A DNA stretch of 64,000 bases from Candidatus Micrarchaeota archaeon (GCA_043821365.1 JBDRCX010000006.1:416001-480000); one strand, 5' to 3'; shown: positions 30,401 through 38,069, counted from the stretch's first letter. Notes: generated by a model not told the origin, from the sequence alone. Numbers and translations are program-made.

Positions 30401-30818
30401 GCAATCCAGCTTGTATTATTTTTGAACTACGTACAAACACATCTCCAAGCATCTGCAACTGTTCTTGTGCTACTGTTAATTGTCTCCATGCTTTTTCAAT
30501 ATCTCCTTCTCTTTTTGCCTGTTGTATGAATGCCCTAATGTGATCTATTTCATTGTCAAATCGTTCTCTGAATATTGGAACTGATTCAAGTTTCATTTTT
30601 TCAAGTATGCCTAGCAATCGCTTTGCTTCTCTGTCTATTTGGGCTGCTCTTGTTGGTACTGGCCTGCTTGAAATAGTTGCAGAATATTCTCGCAATTCTC
30701 TAATTGCAGTTTGTGTTTCTTGAAGTGCTCTATCTAAGCTTTGTAATTCTGTTCTATCATAACTTTTACGTGGTATAATTCCACTTCTATGTCGGGGATC
30801 TTCGGTTCTTTGTGCCAT
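21414..30818 (-). CDS. Giant protein (3134 aa): helical/coiled-coil rod with Gly-rich hydrophobic helices and C-terminal repeat module
   Basis: 9.4 kb uninterrupted ORF with AAGGTGAT RBS. Hydrophobic cluster at ~26600-27045 and a TM-like helix at ~23685-23765. Confidence 0.9.
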   Translation of the reverse strand: MAQRTEDPRHRSGIIPRKSYDRTELQSLDRALQETQTAIRELREYSATISSRPVPTRAAQIDREAKRLLGILEKMKLESVPIFRERFDNEIDHIRAFIQQAKREGDIEKAWRQLTVAQEQLQMLGDVFVRSSKIIQAGLPDTYFIGPSGPEQTFTMLQDSAELAILELGGEQDLLARATLKGFVLVTQNFDIFIFDDSATAEEFRSATVFVTSKAAQLQAREEYTAQQQQEDTRTLAQFEHNFADIRRQVREKTLVYLEGMVASLVPAREMREASAAAAMDQYYRWRDETQELTKRLTRHPTALATYDEINRLTAGYFALSGRTDVPMGRERIEILRQSAQVLRGTGRESRIEEGTPAWFGLQALRAIDDNNRTLAALCIMVGQLDKTSLDRLREYLPTSYGEVMDIIRNKRTPSPGMLARMTAELQFGNIKAETDRLVADYPPEKRGEQNDRIREAAQKILERLETDPLGARRLLSMVKTYIDMIQTNGRRWDGSKEMEAALAIEIGGGNALQEFNASLVYHSFKVDSGRLNELLSDWGSGMVMQRKVIRDSLAQGERLAREGKAEQAAKVLMLLTMYIDGVEVIATRRGGQIHSLARSDVSVVRGMERALGAIVAGEEQVDGTEIEAVFMDSFNRAYSLNIQRESVRLEGLASTREFGREDITFAIQTARKRAERKDFEGAKILLSQVADFYGIEIRAIPAEGDTPAVEARKEGGRYDIFARSTVPGIVSGRAKMLEAIRLETISITATQHRTAADKLIEGIILVENTHNLMQGYQEILGVYRGERAVNEQTAAGKILIGEDQAGKKVYLDMADLRAYDTREGAEPRDPLLEAGRPLKDILRDIEVAARQGNIEGFNTAVTAYNLRFGRVVQATSRSQTYDQLVESLDALQVATSTVYGMYDEPPTHVKKVHGYVWQDGQVMRRQDVVSPARYDYSSVDTVDMPGGGWRTVGKPTLIKPAETVTQTVEPTIPTQVRDRLLVLERRRAELVARIEQVRHRGGVEESLLEDYRTLMADFRKEERLVTAYATVNGELKISPAYRSMAAQTSGPLDDLFEGATYETRGLLDRSEAELQKALDLIVIGDGERAMLAYSNGINLRISAMKRYGTETDIFVTVSIDSDAEMMASAFGHETLSDIINDRRREIVAGRDDQYVKYLLIHKQALREILFGDETPGRTDRIKMHGKRLEAARMIDIAMFSIPARNTSQSIANQDYAGRQDQVREACLSAAGAYRTGQSDLGEQKLAEAKVIVEQMEKWSGIIGFAGNAAYTVVALGVTVLQPEIGIPMILAQQADHAYTEYHVEGAVSATSWAMMGLTVVTVGLGSWVGSLGRGAVEAERLGQLATATRMLGRARAITMANVGIGIGMTGYMGYESYRAWQSGQYKEAVFTGMVALFPWAHMGGARYRAARVRSAETARAKAVDLEAVVEELAPAIERPAIEIEPTRVPEAARVAELRSPAKLLEFLRAYTRADPIVKESMMARIPEHARTVLGDLARNPAMTEALRAPDTSVTFLQAEEAMRAAIRGFERPPPTTPGPRNTGPLYEAANWLATRGVTLRDFVGDLVHGEALATARLEQIRSQNPEVARIVDRLVSNDFVRLSYDRGLNPASEAAFRKALTDLEAVVPKEILQVEVQAMEVYELQVVGGEPIQMMGRPPTMGERGAPIEGVTRTQIRASTDPPGGGGPVDGGGQVRPPTGGRSRLNVPGRVLDSYRGYREGRSARAVEAEVRAREGVTAPQDFATEASMGLERILDTARPSAERVTMDITDAQAVELANLRVVELFRTLYERSTSRDVPSALRTELARIMQKMYARENVRNVLREAAEGNVDIQRAIRSSEGTAAETIRRTGTTLEEHYRRLGVREEGKLFTETETGLILDTLEAPVIRMVEQARAAEASAQRTRVEVEGQIETLRPKLARAETSPRESYLRGADKAVETAIEQHGALTAERESYGEIEVLRTELRGLDATNPRAAELTNQIARIEALDASLGYIQERLGTVVDEIAFLRETNLQRTSPRELLRTTQRIGESLQRIQRELGSVHEDLGTLGSQGIDVAPLGTARTAWDKAIRKPLKTLEGYNTRLEGAERTIYEATQQIQDARNQPLVATEGMLATRFGETAKAEMFARLLTEGKMREPIIEGEARGLQYYTERTIADLSADSQAAQVAQQRVLERVARGGNADEILLGVLKSEPVMEALGRKEAAYREALSDAKLDLALEEWNSKNPRQQRTKVEQAIEEIRGIDSELADFATEVRGFSDNFNALGKYAEALTNYRSNPEVAVPEYGSAGVDAWHWAKGRVPTGLISALDYILPVRGWGRGGRLGPLRRRGMAIREDAIRSGELVEGSKRAWGTALVVAQFGLWAADVALMEYWWGRKITGDPEQGPIEWTYGTISECLFQTKSITEGRRLIKEKFDVDISEDNAKAIIKDPNVRMFVDMLPYIYPKGDERRPQNLEEAMQREGGYIHPAMVDRVLDDVREMSGQIDDINDYVTRINGNDDPDRKYEGKLRAIIEPWGISYDQLIGRARIKKRDTGIDLEMMDLVDLRKTGDWVDKGYAFTFGSAIVSSFLYDCGVTDHQREFEVFTQNADVYDVLWTLMKSGKVPYGNAQMAASMLAGTGVIERLRLKAEIDEKKLSVVVEEFLSLNEMASGGKKPPRDVTQASFLLSLSTSATAEGAFSDKVHMFLNQDRDAFVALWNLVHNGSLPVVYSRDAIIELSKPGVIAGIRTGLQGEQTLEEGMYVFLREKGWVLEIPEEQEGQTRGLSHNAILGYLDREAMTRNPALETTVREILTLYKGDPDALRALDSLTLDANEAVYGDLTEFATWIVTKTRERKQLFDGTPERERGKLPPFNLKAEAQREGWILRASYGDIDPQILEHRDLLTFAQKNPLIMTWIEGKRDIGYGINLVAVLRYLELNKSSLPTEQQALTTYLDSLMGQFESRKLMRANERVPRTPEAARRHRAQQSGQKPSQQVRDEEELRRHYPKWATLTPVRTAAPRTDVSTVSDQELTGFMDSMEGLKIAQDIEASTERQKADPDIAALIQRYKAPGVSDADALAHATREITREIYAEILRAKTVSQDKQLYERGGIKLTFAEGGQLTITLDEDKSPAFLGSRIKAAARRAGQRAE

Positions 30819-30850
30819 TATATCACCTTGTAAGAATTATTTTTCCAAAG

Positions 30851-30931
30851 GAAAAAATGTTTGTGCATTTTTACACCGTCGAAAATTTCTTTGAAATTTT
30901 TGAAAAGTAAAAATGTCCTCATTTTTACACC
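30851..30931. promoter_or_regulatory. Palindromes and 12-bp direct repeat upstream of the 3134-aa gene
   Basis: GTAAAAATG-TCCT-CATTTTTAC (30907-30928); CATTTTTACACC at 30866-30877 and 30920-30931. Confidence 0.45.
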
Positions 30932-31252
30932 TTAGGAATACATTTTACAAATAAATACAAAATCCCGCAATCTTCGTGTGCGGGTTTCGTCATCAACGTT
31001 TTTTGTTTCAGTTACGTTTTTTTGCCATGATTCTAATGCATGACAAAATCTTCTTATCCTAACAACGTGGGGGTACATTGCATCAGGTTTTGTTTTTGAT
31101 GCATCCCACTTTGTGAGAAAATATTCAAGAGTAGAAATAGTTTTTTCAACACGTCTAATTGTTTCCTGTTCAACAGATGTAACGTCTGTTTTCTTTGGTA
31201 TACTAACAACCTTTTTTGGTTTAGCCTTAATGGCAGTTTTTTTCTTCGCCAT
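30932..31252 (-). CDS. Small basic helical hypothetical protein (~106 aa)
   Basis: GGGTG RBS before MAKKK; TTTATAAA TATA-like box upstream. Confidence 0.7.
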   Translation of the reverse strand: MAKKKTAIKAKPKKVVSIPKKTDVTSVEQETIRRVEKTISTLEYFLTKWDASKTKPDAMYPHVVRIRRFCHALESWQKNVTETKNVDDETRTRRLRDFVFICKMYS

Positions 31253-31361
31253 GATACGCACCCGCAATTAAATTATACCTCTGGTTATTTATAAATCTGC
31301 CTACCGTCTGATGGATGCGAATCAGGCTAAGTTGTTATTTAAAAATTAGAAAAATAAAGAA

Positions 31362-34300
31362 TTAGTTTGTTTGTTTTACAAATCTCAAAACTTCACGACC
31401 AAGTATTATTGGTGCTTTGTCATCATCTACTTGTACTTCCAAACCACTTTCAGTTGTTGTCACTGTTAATCCATTTGCTTTTAAGTAAGCACTTTGTGTT
31501 GAGTTTGTTGTTGCCCTTGTAAGTCTTGTAAACCAGTCTGCTCTGATTGCCTGCATGAATTGCTCCTTATCGCCGCCATACTTCGAAACAAGAACTTCCT
31601 GTACCGTTGCACCGTTTGGTCCAGATGCATCAAAGAGTTTTTGGACTGCTTCATCTAATCTTGCACCAAATATGCTGTTCTGGAAAAATGTTTGGCCTTC
31701 TGCGCTAAGTACTTCAGTAGTCACCACACTCTGAGCAGTCGGTTCGCTTATTTGTACTATTAACCCAGTTCCTTTTGCCCATTCCACTCTTGATCCTTGT
31801 GGATATCCAAATGGATCGTAATCGCCTAACTGCCCTCCGTCTCTTTTATGTTGAACTAACAATTGAACAAATTCATCTGATCTTTCAACATTAAGTCTGT
31901 ATGGTGATGCAGTTTGTTTGAATCCTAGGAGGAATTCTTTTACATCAGTTTGTACTACACAAACATCCAATGAAGCTTCGTGGAGTCCTAATCCACTAAG
32001 TTCTTTTTCAACTGTGTGCCTTTGGAATTCAACTGTGGTATTTCTTACCCAATCTGCTTGGGTACCCCGTAGTGTCTGTGTCATTGCTTCATCAAATATA
32101 TCTTGTGGAACTTCTTCCATCACAGGATTTATTACAACTGCAGGTGTTCTTGCACCTGCAACTCTTACGATGTTGTCTCTTAGCATACTAAGGAAACTGT
32201 CTCTATGTTCTTCTTCAACATGGTATTTAGCTTCCCCAACTTTACCCATAGCAAGTCTTATTTCTGATGTTTGTTTTCCTTGAGACAATAAAAATTGTAC
32301 ATTGTTAAGATCAGTCACTCTGCTTGTTTCCATTATCTGGAATTCAAGTTCACTTATCAAGAATCCTTCTCTCACCCAACGTGCTCTGTTTACTTGATCA
32401 TTCAAATATTCATAGCTTATTGTTTTGCCATCTTGTTCTTCTGCCATTAATCTTGCAACAAATTGGTCTGATCTACCAGTGTTCAATCGTAATCCATCAC
32501 TTATTGCATTATAATCAAGTTCAATTGTACAACAAACTTGCATACCTGGTTTCCATTTATCTGCTTCAACTGGCTGATATGCTTCTACATCCTCAACTGT
32601 TTTTATCCCGAGTTTGCCACAACTTGCAGGAAGTGGAGTTGCACTTGTGCTGCAATTCACTGGTCTTTCGTCAAGTTTCTTTACTTCAGCAACAACTTTC
32701 ATTGTTTTACGTTCTTGCATGAATGTCAAAACATCTTGATTTGTTGCAAGCCATCTTAATCTTGCTTCAACTCCAGTGCTATCTGCTTCGCCCTGAAGTG
32801 TTTTTCCAATTCCATATGCTCTTTTGTAATATTCTGAACCTCTTTCTGTTAATCTACCTGGAATATCATAACTGTCATGTATAACCCTTCTAATTTCTTT
32901 TTCTGTTGCCAATGGCAATCCCCAAGTCCATGGTCTGTACCAATCTTTGCTTTGAGTATAAACAGGACCTCCAAATGCCTGCACAATTGGTGCTGGCCAG
33001 GTTAATGGGTTAAGTAATTTTACTTCTTGTGCTCCAAGAGTAAAACTTAATGCACCAGTAGCCAATATACCCTTTACTACTAATCCAGCAACTCCTCTTG
33101 ACCATCTTGGCCATACTGTTGGGTAATATGATCCTTGTCCTTGATCTGTATAATCTCTTGCCATCACTTTTCCTTTTGGATTTTCAGTAAGATGTTCTAA
33201 TTCAGTTCCAAAACTATGGTTCCACAACCATCTTCCTTTTGCTCTCCATCCTCTTCCGCTTATTGTATGATAGGCAAGTTTATGTTTGAACTTTGCCCAA
33301 CCACCTTCTCCTCTTGCTGGAATGCTATCTATATCTGATGCAGCTTCCCAGACTCTTACTGCTTCCAAACGCTGTGCATCTGATAAACCAACTATTGTTT
33401 CGTAATTTCTTCTTTCCATTCTCTCAACAACAAGCAAAGCAGCCCGTCTTAATGGGAATGCGTGGTTGTTTTTTGTTTCAGTTAGTTGAGCATCTATAAA
33501 TTCTCGAGTAATATCAAAATTTCTTAATGCAGTAGCCATTCTTCTGAATCTTGTTCTTGTTGCTTCTGGCAGATTTGTACGATCCACCTCTCTTTCAAAA
33601 GCATCTAGTTTTCCATTGAATTCATCCACCCTATCCTGCAACAAAGGTGCATAATCTACTCGTACTGGGGTAGGTGCGATAGGTTGGCCTTGAATTTGTT
33701 GTTGTGGTGCAGGTGTTCTCAAATATTGTACCATCTCTTCTCTTTCAGTTAGAAGTTCCTGTACTCTATCAAGATGCGCAGTAACTGCAACATTTGGTAA
33801 TCGTTCTGCTATTCTATCTGCAACCCCTCTAAGGTCAGCACCACTTTCGCGGTGTTCTATAAGTAAAGCACGAAAATGATCAATTAACTGTCTTGAAACC
33901 GCATCTGTGCTTCCTTCCAAACTAAATCTTCTCAATTCAGCTTGTGCTTCTCTTAGTTCACCCTCTGCCATTTGTAATTGTTCTCTTGCCACTGTTTCAT
34001 CAGCACTTGCTTCTCTTAGTTCTGTTATGTGGTGGTGAATATGATCATCCCTTATTCTTGCAGTACCATTAATTTGTGCTTGGAGATCTGAATATCTTTG
34101 CCTTGCCTCATTCAATTCTCTTCTAGATTCTCGTTTTTCTTGTTCAGTACTACGTTCATTTCCTTGGATTTGAGAATCCCTTCTTTCTGTCTGTTGCAAT
34201 TCTCTTCTTACAGTATCAACATAATCACCAATTTCTCTTTCAGCAGTTTCTCTTCGTTCTGCTGCCATTCTTATTGTGTCGCCTAGGTCTCCTATGACTT

Positions 34301-35186
34301 CATGTAGTGTTCGAACTGCCAAACTTCTTTCTTCTAGTCCTCTATCTGCGTGTTCACTATATCCAAAACCAGGCATGTTCAATGTTGGGTTATTTGCATT
34401 TGTTGGTGTACTAAGAATATCATTTACCAATGTGCCAAAATCATTAACAGCTCTTTCAAGTGGTTCAGCTGATCTTCTGTATAAATAGGTTGCTGCATAT
34501 GAAGGATCCAAAATACTTCCTCCTGCTCTTTCTTTTGAATCAGTAAATGTTTTTCTTGTTGAAAATTCCTTTAGCACCATTCCTATAAATTCCCCTTCTC
34601 TCCCAGGATGTTTATGTTGTGCAACACTTTCCAAAAATCTCAGAAATGCTTCTGACGGATTTGTCTGTCCTTCTGGCCATCCATCCCATATTTGTGGGCA
34701 TCTTACCATTGTTGAATGTAAAATATCTAGATCAAGTGTGGTCAGATTCCCTATCATATGCCTTCTATTACTTCTTGCAATGTTCAATTGTGCTGCTAAT
34801 TCTACTCTTCTTCTCTGTACATCAATTGCATGGGTACTATCACTTTCTTCCAGAGGAGTTCTTACTGCTCCATGTTCTATTGCCTGTACAAATTGTTCAC
34901 TACAAATAATTTCTCTGATTAACATGTCAAGTGTTCCAGTTACATCTCTTCTGCTTTGTCCCCTTCTAATTGCTTCTACAAATGCTTTGTTAAAACTAGA
35001 ACTATGATCTCCACTTGCTGTTCTTGCGTCTGGTGTTTCTCCTGCTCTCTGCCTTGCTCTTTCAATTGCTTCAGTTTCCTCTGCTCTCTGCCTTAATTTT
35101 CTCTGTCTCTTTGCTTCTGTTGGTATCAATGGAACGTAACTCTTTACCCCTTCCCATCCTCTACTTGCTAATGTACTTCCAGCCAT
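31362..35186 (-). CDS. Large protein (~1274 aa): coiled coil, TM helix, internal repeats, C-terminal module shared with the 3134-aa protein
   Basis: Start moved to MAGSTL after AGGTGGG RBS; TM GVAGLVVKGILATGALSFTLG. Confidence 0.88.
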   Translation of the reverse strand: MAGSTLASRGWEGVKSYVPLIPTEAKRQRKLRQRAEETEAIERARQRAGETPDARTASGDHSSSFNKAFVEAIRRGQSRRDVTGTLDMLIREIICSEQFVQAIEHGAVRTPLEESDSTHAIDVQRRRVELAAQLNIARSNRRHMIGNLTTLDLDILHSTMVRCPQIWDGWPEGQTNPSEAFLRFLESVAQHKHPGREGEFIGMVLKEFSTRKTFTDSKERAGGSILDPSYAATYLYRRSAEPLERAVNDFGTLVNDILSTPTNANNPTLNMPGFGYSEHADRGLEERSLAVRTLHEVIGDLGDTIRMAAERRETAEREIGDYVDTVRRELQQTERRDSQIQGNERSTEQEKRESRRELNEARQRYSDLQAQINGTARIRDDHIHHHITELREASADETVAREQLQMAEGELREAQAELRRFSLEGSTDAVSRQLIDHFRALLIEHRESGADLRGVADRIAERLPNVAVTAHLDRVQELLTEREEMVQYLRTPAPQQQIQGQPIAPTPVRVDYAPLLQDRVDEFNGKLDAFEREVDRTNLPEATRTRFRRMATALRNFDITREFIDAQLTETKNNHAFPLRRAALLVVERMERRNYETIVGLSDAQRLEAVRVWEAASDIDSIPARGEGGWAKFKHKLAYHTISGRGWRAKGRWLWNHSFGTELEHLTENPKGKVMARDYTDQGQGSYYPTVWPRWSRGVAGLVVKGILATGALSFTLGAQEVKLLNPLTWPAPIVQAFGGPVYTQSKDWYRPWTWGLPLATEKEIRRVIHDSYDIPGRLTERGSEYYKRAYGIGKTLQGEADSTGVEARLRWLATNQDVLTFMQERKTMKVVAEVKKLDERPVNCSTSATPLPASCGKLGIKTVEDVEAYQPVEADKWKPGMQVCCTIELDYNAISDGLRLNTGRSDQFVARLMAEEQDGKTISYEYLNDQVNRARWVREGFLISELEFQIMETSRVTDLNNVQFLLSQGKQTSEIRLAMGKVGEAKYHVEEEHRDSFLSMLRDNIVRVAGARTPAVVINPVMEEVPQDIFDEAMTQTLRGTQADWVRNTTVEFQRHTVEKELSGLGLHEASLDVCVVQTDVKEFLLGFKQTASPYRLNVERSDEFVQLLVQHKRDGGQLGDYDPFGYPQGSRVEWAKGTGLIVQISEPTAQSVVTTEVLSAEGQTFFQNSIFGARLDEAVQKLFDASGPNGATVQEVLVSKYGGDKEQFMQAIRADWFTRLTRATTNSTQSAYLKANGLTVTTTESGLEVQVDDDKAPIILGREVLRFVKQTN

Positions 35187-35309
35187 AATCCCACCTACTT
35201 CTAATAATTTTTCTATCGTTATTGTGTCTAATAGTGTTTTTAAAAGTATCACTGTGTTTATGGAGGTTGTGCTTTAGATAATATATTATACATATGCCAC
35301 ATGATAAAA

Positions 35310-36671
35310 TTAGCCAACTATATTCCCAACAATTTTTTCAGGAATAAATCTTTCCAAATCTTCATATTTCTGTCCAATTCCAACATAAATTATTGGTATC
35401 CCTGTTGCTTTATTTATTGAAAGCATTGTTCCGCCTTTTGGATCACAATCTAATTTTGTCAATATGACTGCATCAATTCCTATTTCTTTATTAAAAGTAG
35501 ATATTTGATCTATTATTGCATTTCCAGCTATGCTTTCACCTATATAAATCTTCAAATCAGGCTGAATTACTCTGGTCATTTTTTTTACTTCATTTATCAA
35601 ACTGATATTTGTATCCTGTCTTCCTGCGGTGTCTATTAGAACTGCATCTATCGCGTGTGCTTTTGCATAATTCACCGCATCGTATGCAACTGAAGTCGGA
35701 TCGCTTCCATACTCTCTTTTTATTATTTTTACTCCAAGACGATCTGCATGGATAGACATCTGTTCAATTGCTGCTGCCCTAAAAGTATCTGCTGCTGCAA
35801 ACACAACTTTTTGTTTGTTGTCCATCAAAAGTTTTGCAACCTTTGCTATTGTTGTTGTTTTTCCAGCCCCATTAATTCCAATAAGCATTATTTTTACTGG
35901 TTTGTCTGAACTTTGCATTTTTTCTAAAATGTCAAAGTCTTTATCATTTGTTAAAATTTCAATTAGAATTTGCTTTATTGAATCACTGACAAATGATTGG
36001 AGTTTGTTTTTTGGTATCTTTGCACCTACGATTTTTTCAGTTAATTCGTTTTTTATACTCTCTGCAACTCCAATATCAACATCTGCTTCAAGCAATTCCA
36101 ATTCAAATTCTTCAAGCATTTGTTTTACATCTGATTCACTTATTTCAACTTCTCTAGTTATTATGCTTTTTACTGTGCTTACTATGCCCAGCTTGATCCT
36201 TTCCTTTGGTTTTTCCTCTTTTTTTGGCAATTCGATTGTTTTTTCCTGGACTTTGGGTTGCTCAATTTTATGAGGTTTTGGTTCGTCTATTATTTCTATT
36301 TTTTGTTCTGGTTTTATCTCAGGTTTTTTTTCTTTTGGTTCAATTTTTTCATTTATCGGTTCTCTTTGAATTATTTTTTTGACTGGCTTTTCTTCGATTT
36401 TTGAAATTGGTTTTTCTCCTACTTTATCTGGTGGTTTCTCTTCAATTTTTTTAGAAATAGGTTTCTCTTTTTTTTCTACAGTTGCTTTTATTGGCTCTTT
36501 TTTCTTTTCAACTGGTTTTTCAATTTGTTTCTTTGGTTTAACTCGTTGTTCTTCAGTTTTTAGTTCTTTTTCAATTTTCTCTTCTGGTGGTTTTTCCTCT
36601 ATTTCATCTTCTTTCTTTTTGGTAAGGCCATCGATAAAGCCACCAATTTTCTTTTTAAGAAAATCAAACAC
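35310..36671 (-). CDS. ftsY: Signal recognition particle receptor FtsY
   Basis: GINGAGKTTT, DTFRAAA, DTAGR, TKLD, KGG. GTG start (MFDFLKKK) after GGTG; long K/E/P-rich N-terminal region. Confidence 0.97.
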   Translation of the reverse strand: MFDFLKKKIGGFIDGLTKKKEDEIEEKPPEEKIEKELKTEEQRVKPKKQIEKPVEKKKEPIKATVEKKEKPISKKIEEKPPDKVGEKPISKIEEKPVKKIIQREPINEKIEPKEKKPEIKPEQKIEIIDEPKPHKIEQPKVQEKTIELPKKEEKPKERIKLGIVSTVKSIITREVEISESDVKQMLEEFELELLEADVDIGVAESIKNELTEKIVGAKIPKNKLQSFVSDSIKQILIEILTNDKDFDILEKMQSSDKPVKIMLIGINGAGKTTTIAKVAKLLMDNKQKVVFAAADTFRAAAIEQMSIHADRLGVKIIKREYGSDPTSVAYDAVNYAKAHAIDAVLIDTAGRQDTNISLINEVKKMTRVIQPDLKIYIGESIAGNAIIDQISTFNKEIGIDAVILTKLDCDPKGGTMLSINKATGIPIIYVGIGQKYEDLERFIPEKIVGNIVG

Positions 36672-36689
36672 AAAAACACCACGAAAAAA

Positions 36690-36762
36690 GGACCGGCAGA
36701 AACAACGTTTCTGTGGTCCAGAAAAAAGCATTGCTTTTTTCTAGGAGATTCGAAAAGAATCT
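36690..36762. repeat. Cluster of three hairpins between pfdA and ftsY
   Basis: GGACCGGCAGAAAC-AAC-GTTTCTGTGGTCC; AGAAAAAAGC-ATT-GCTTTTTTCT; AGATTC-GAAAA-GAATCT. Confidence 0.6.
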
Positions 36763-36774
36763 TGGTTCTTTTCA

Positions 36775-37221
36775 TCAGATGTAGTCTTCTCTTATGTTGC
36801 CATCGACTCTTTTGTTAATCTGATTTTGTATTTGGAGTTCCTGAAGTTGGCCTGTAGCTTCTCTTAATTTAACTGCGATTTTGTTGAACTCTTCGGTTAG
36901 TTTTTCAACTGCTTTTTTTGTTGCTTCTACTCTTTTTTTGATTTCAGCAGTAGCATCGTCTTTGTTCATTTCAACAAGGTATTCTGCACCTATTGGTACA
37001 AGAATTTTTGTTTCTGCTATATGTCCTTTTACTAATGCGCCACCACCTATTGGTATCAAAACCTTATTTTCTGCCATGTTCTCTGCTGTTTTCAATGCAT
37101 TGGTAAGATCAATTGTTGTTAGGCTAACCCTCTCTGTTTCTCTTTTTATGAGATTTATCTGTTCCTTGTAAACAGCTAATTCATAGCTCAATTGTGCTTG
37201 AAGATCTGATGCAGATGCCAT
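36775..37221 (-). CDS. pfdA: Prefoldin alpha subunit
   Basis: Coiled coil with LIPIGGG...VPIGAEYLVE beta hairpins; position in the conserved operon. Confidence 0.93.
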   Translation of the reverse strand: MASASDLQAQLSYELAVYKEQINLIKRETERVSLTTIDLTNALKTAENMAENKVLIPIGGGALVKGHIAETKILVPIGAEYLVEMNKDDATAEIKKRVEATKKAVEKLTEEFNKIAVKLREATGQLQELQIQNQINKRVDGNIREDYI

Positions 37222-37223
37222 AT

Positions 37224-37397
37224 CTATCCCTTCTCCACTTTATCAATATTAATTTTATTCCTTGTTACTCCGTTTTGTGAACCGAAAAGTGCGTATGTCT
37301 TATCCTTTGCATCAAGCTCACTTTTGGCTTCGACTTTTTTTGTAAACTGCCTTTCTCCACCCTTCAGTTCTATTTTTCCACTAACATTAAACAACAT
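37224..37397 (-). CDS. rplX: 50S ribosomal protein L18Ae/LX (57 aa; absent from the ORF track)
   Basis: Translated by hand: MLFNVSGKIELKGGERQFTKKVEAKSELDAKDKTYALFGSQNGVTRNKINIDKVEKG; lies between eIF6 and pfdA. Confidence 0.9.
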   Translation of the reverse strand: MLFNVSGKIELKGGERQFTKKVEAKSELDAKDKTYALFGSQNGVTRNKINIDKVEKG

Positions 37398-37409
37398 ATG
37401 ATTACCTCT

Positions 37410-38069
37410 TTATTTTACCATATTAAGTGCTTCTTCCAATCTGCCTATCTCATAGGCAGTAGTGTTCTCCCCAACAATGTAACCATTCTTGTTGACAACA
37501 GCACCGTAAGAAACAAATCCTGTTCCTGTATTCATAGTTCCTTTGTTTCCATCTACTTTAAATATGTCCTTCATTTTTTTTAATTCATCATCAGTTGACT
37601 TGAAATGTGCCAAATATCCTGAATTTGTTGCTATGCATGAGCTTCCAACAGTTGAGAACCCAGCTATGGTTGTTGGGACGAGTTCAACTCCAAGTACATC
37701 TGCAATTTTTTTTGCATCTTCTTTTTCGATATTCGGGTTTATTATGCCCCCATTATCATTAACTGCAATATTATTTCCATGTGCATTGTATTTGTCAGTT
37801 GATATGTGAACATTAAGGCCAATCTTTTTCAGAACTGCAACTTCCTCTTCTTTTACTATGTTCGGAAGTATTATTCCATTTGAATTCATTGCAATATATA
37901 TGCCAAGAAGATTTGAATCCCCCATCCCAATTTTCACTGTTTTTGTCTTAAGTCTCTCCTGTATCATATCCTCTATCTTCTTCATGCTATCAATTGGTAG
38001 CATGGTTATTTCATTATTTGATTTTATGAACATCCCAATCCAGGGATTTCCATAATAAGCGATTTTCAT
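37410..38069 (-). CDS. eif6: Translation initiation factor 6
   Basis: YGNPWIG, GNNIAVND, VGS...ATN.G, GTMNTG, TTAYEIGRLEEAL. Start moved to MKIAYY. Confidence 0.95.
   Translation of the reverse strand: MKIAYYGNPWIGMFIKSNNEITMLPIDSMKKIEDMIQERLKTKTVKIGMGDSNLLGIYIAMNSNGIILPNIVKEEEVAVLKKIGLNVHISTDKYNAHGNNIAVNDNGGIINPNIEKEDAKKIADVLGVELVPTTIAGFSTVGSSCIATNSGYLAHFKSTDDELKKMKDIFKVDGNKGTMNTGTGFVSYGAVVNKNGYIVGENTTAYEIGRLEEALNMVK

Noticed and set aside
14222-35186. Giant cluster as a provirus (tape-measure-like rods)
   Set aside because: No integrase, terminase, capsid, portal or att repeats seen; the flanks are intact housekeeping genes.
36672-36731. MLFSGPQKRC... extension of FtsY
   Set aside because: It is a translation of the intergenic hairpins; the GTG start with an RBS gives the typical MFDFLKK.
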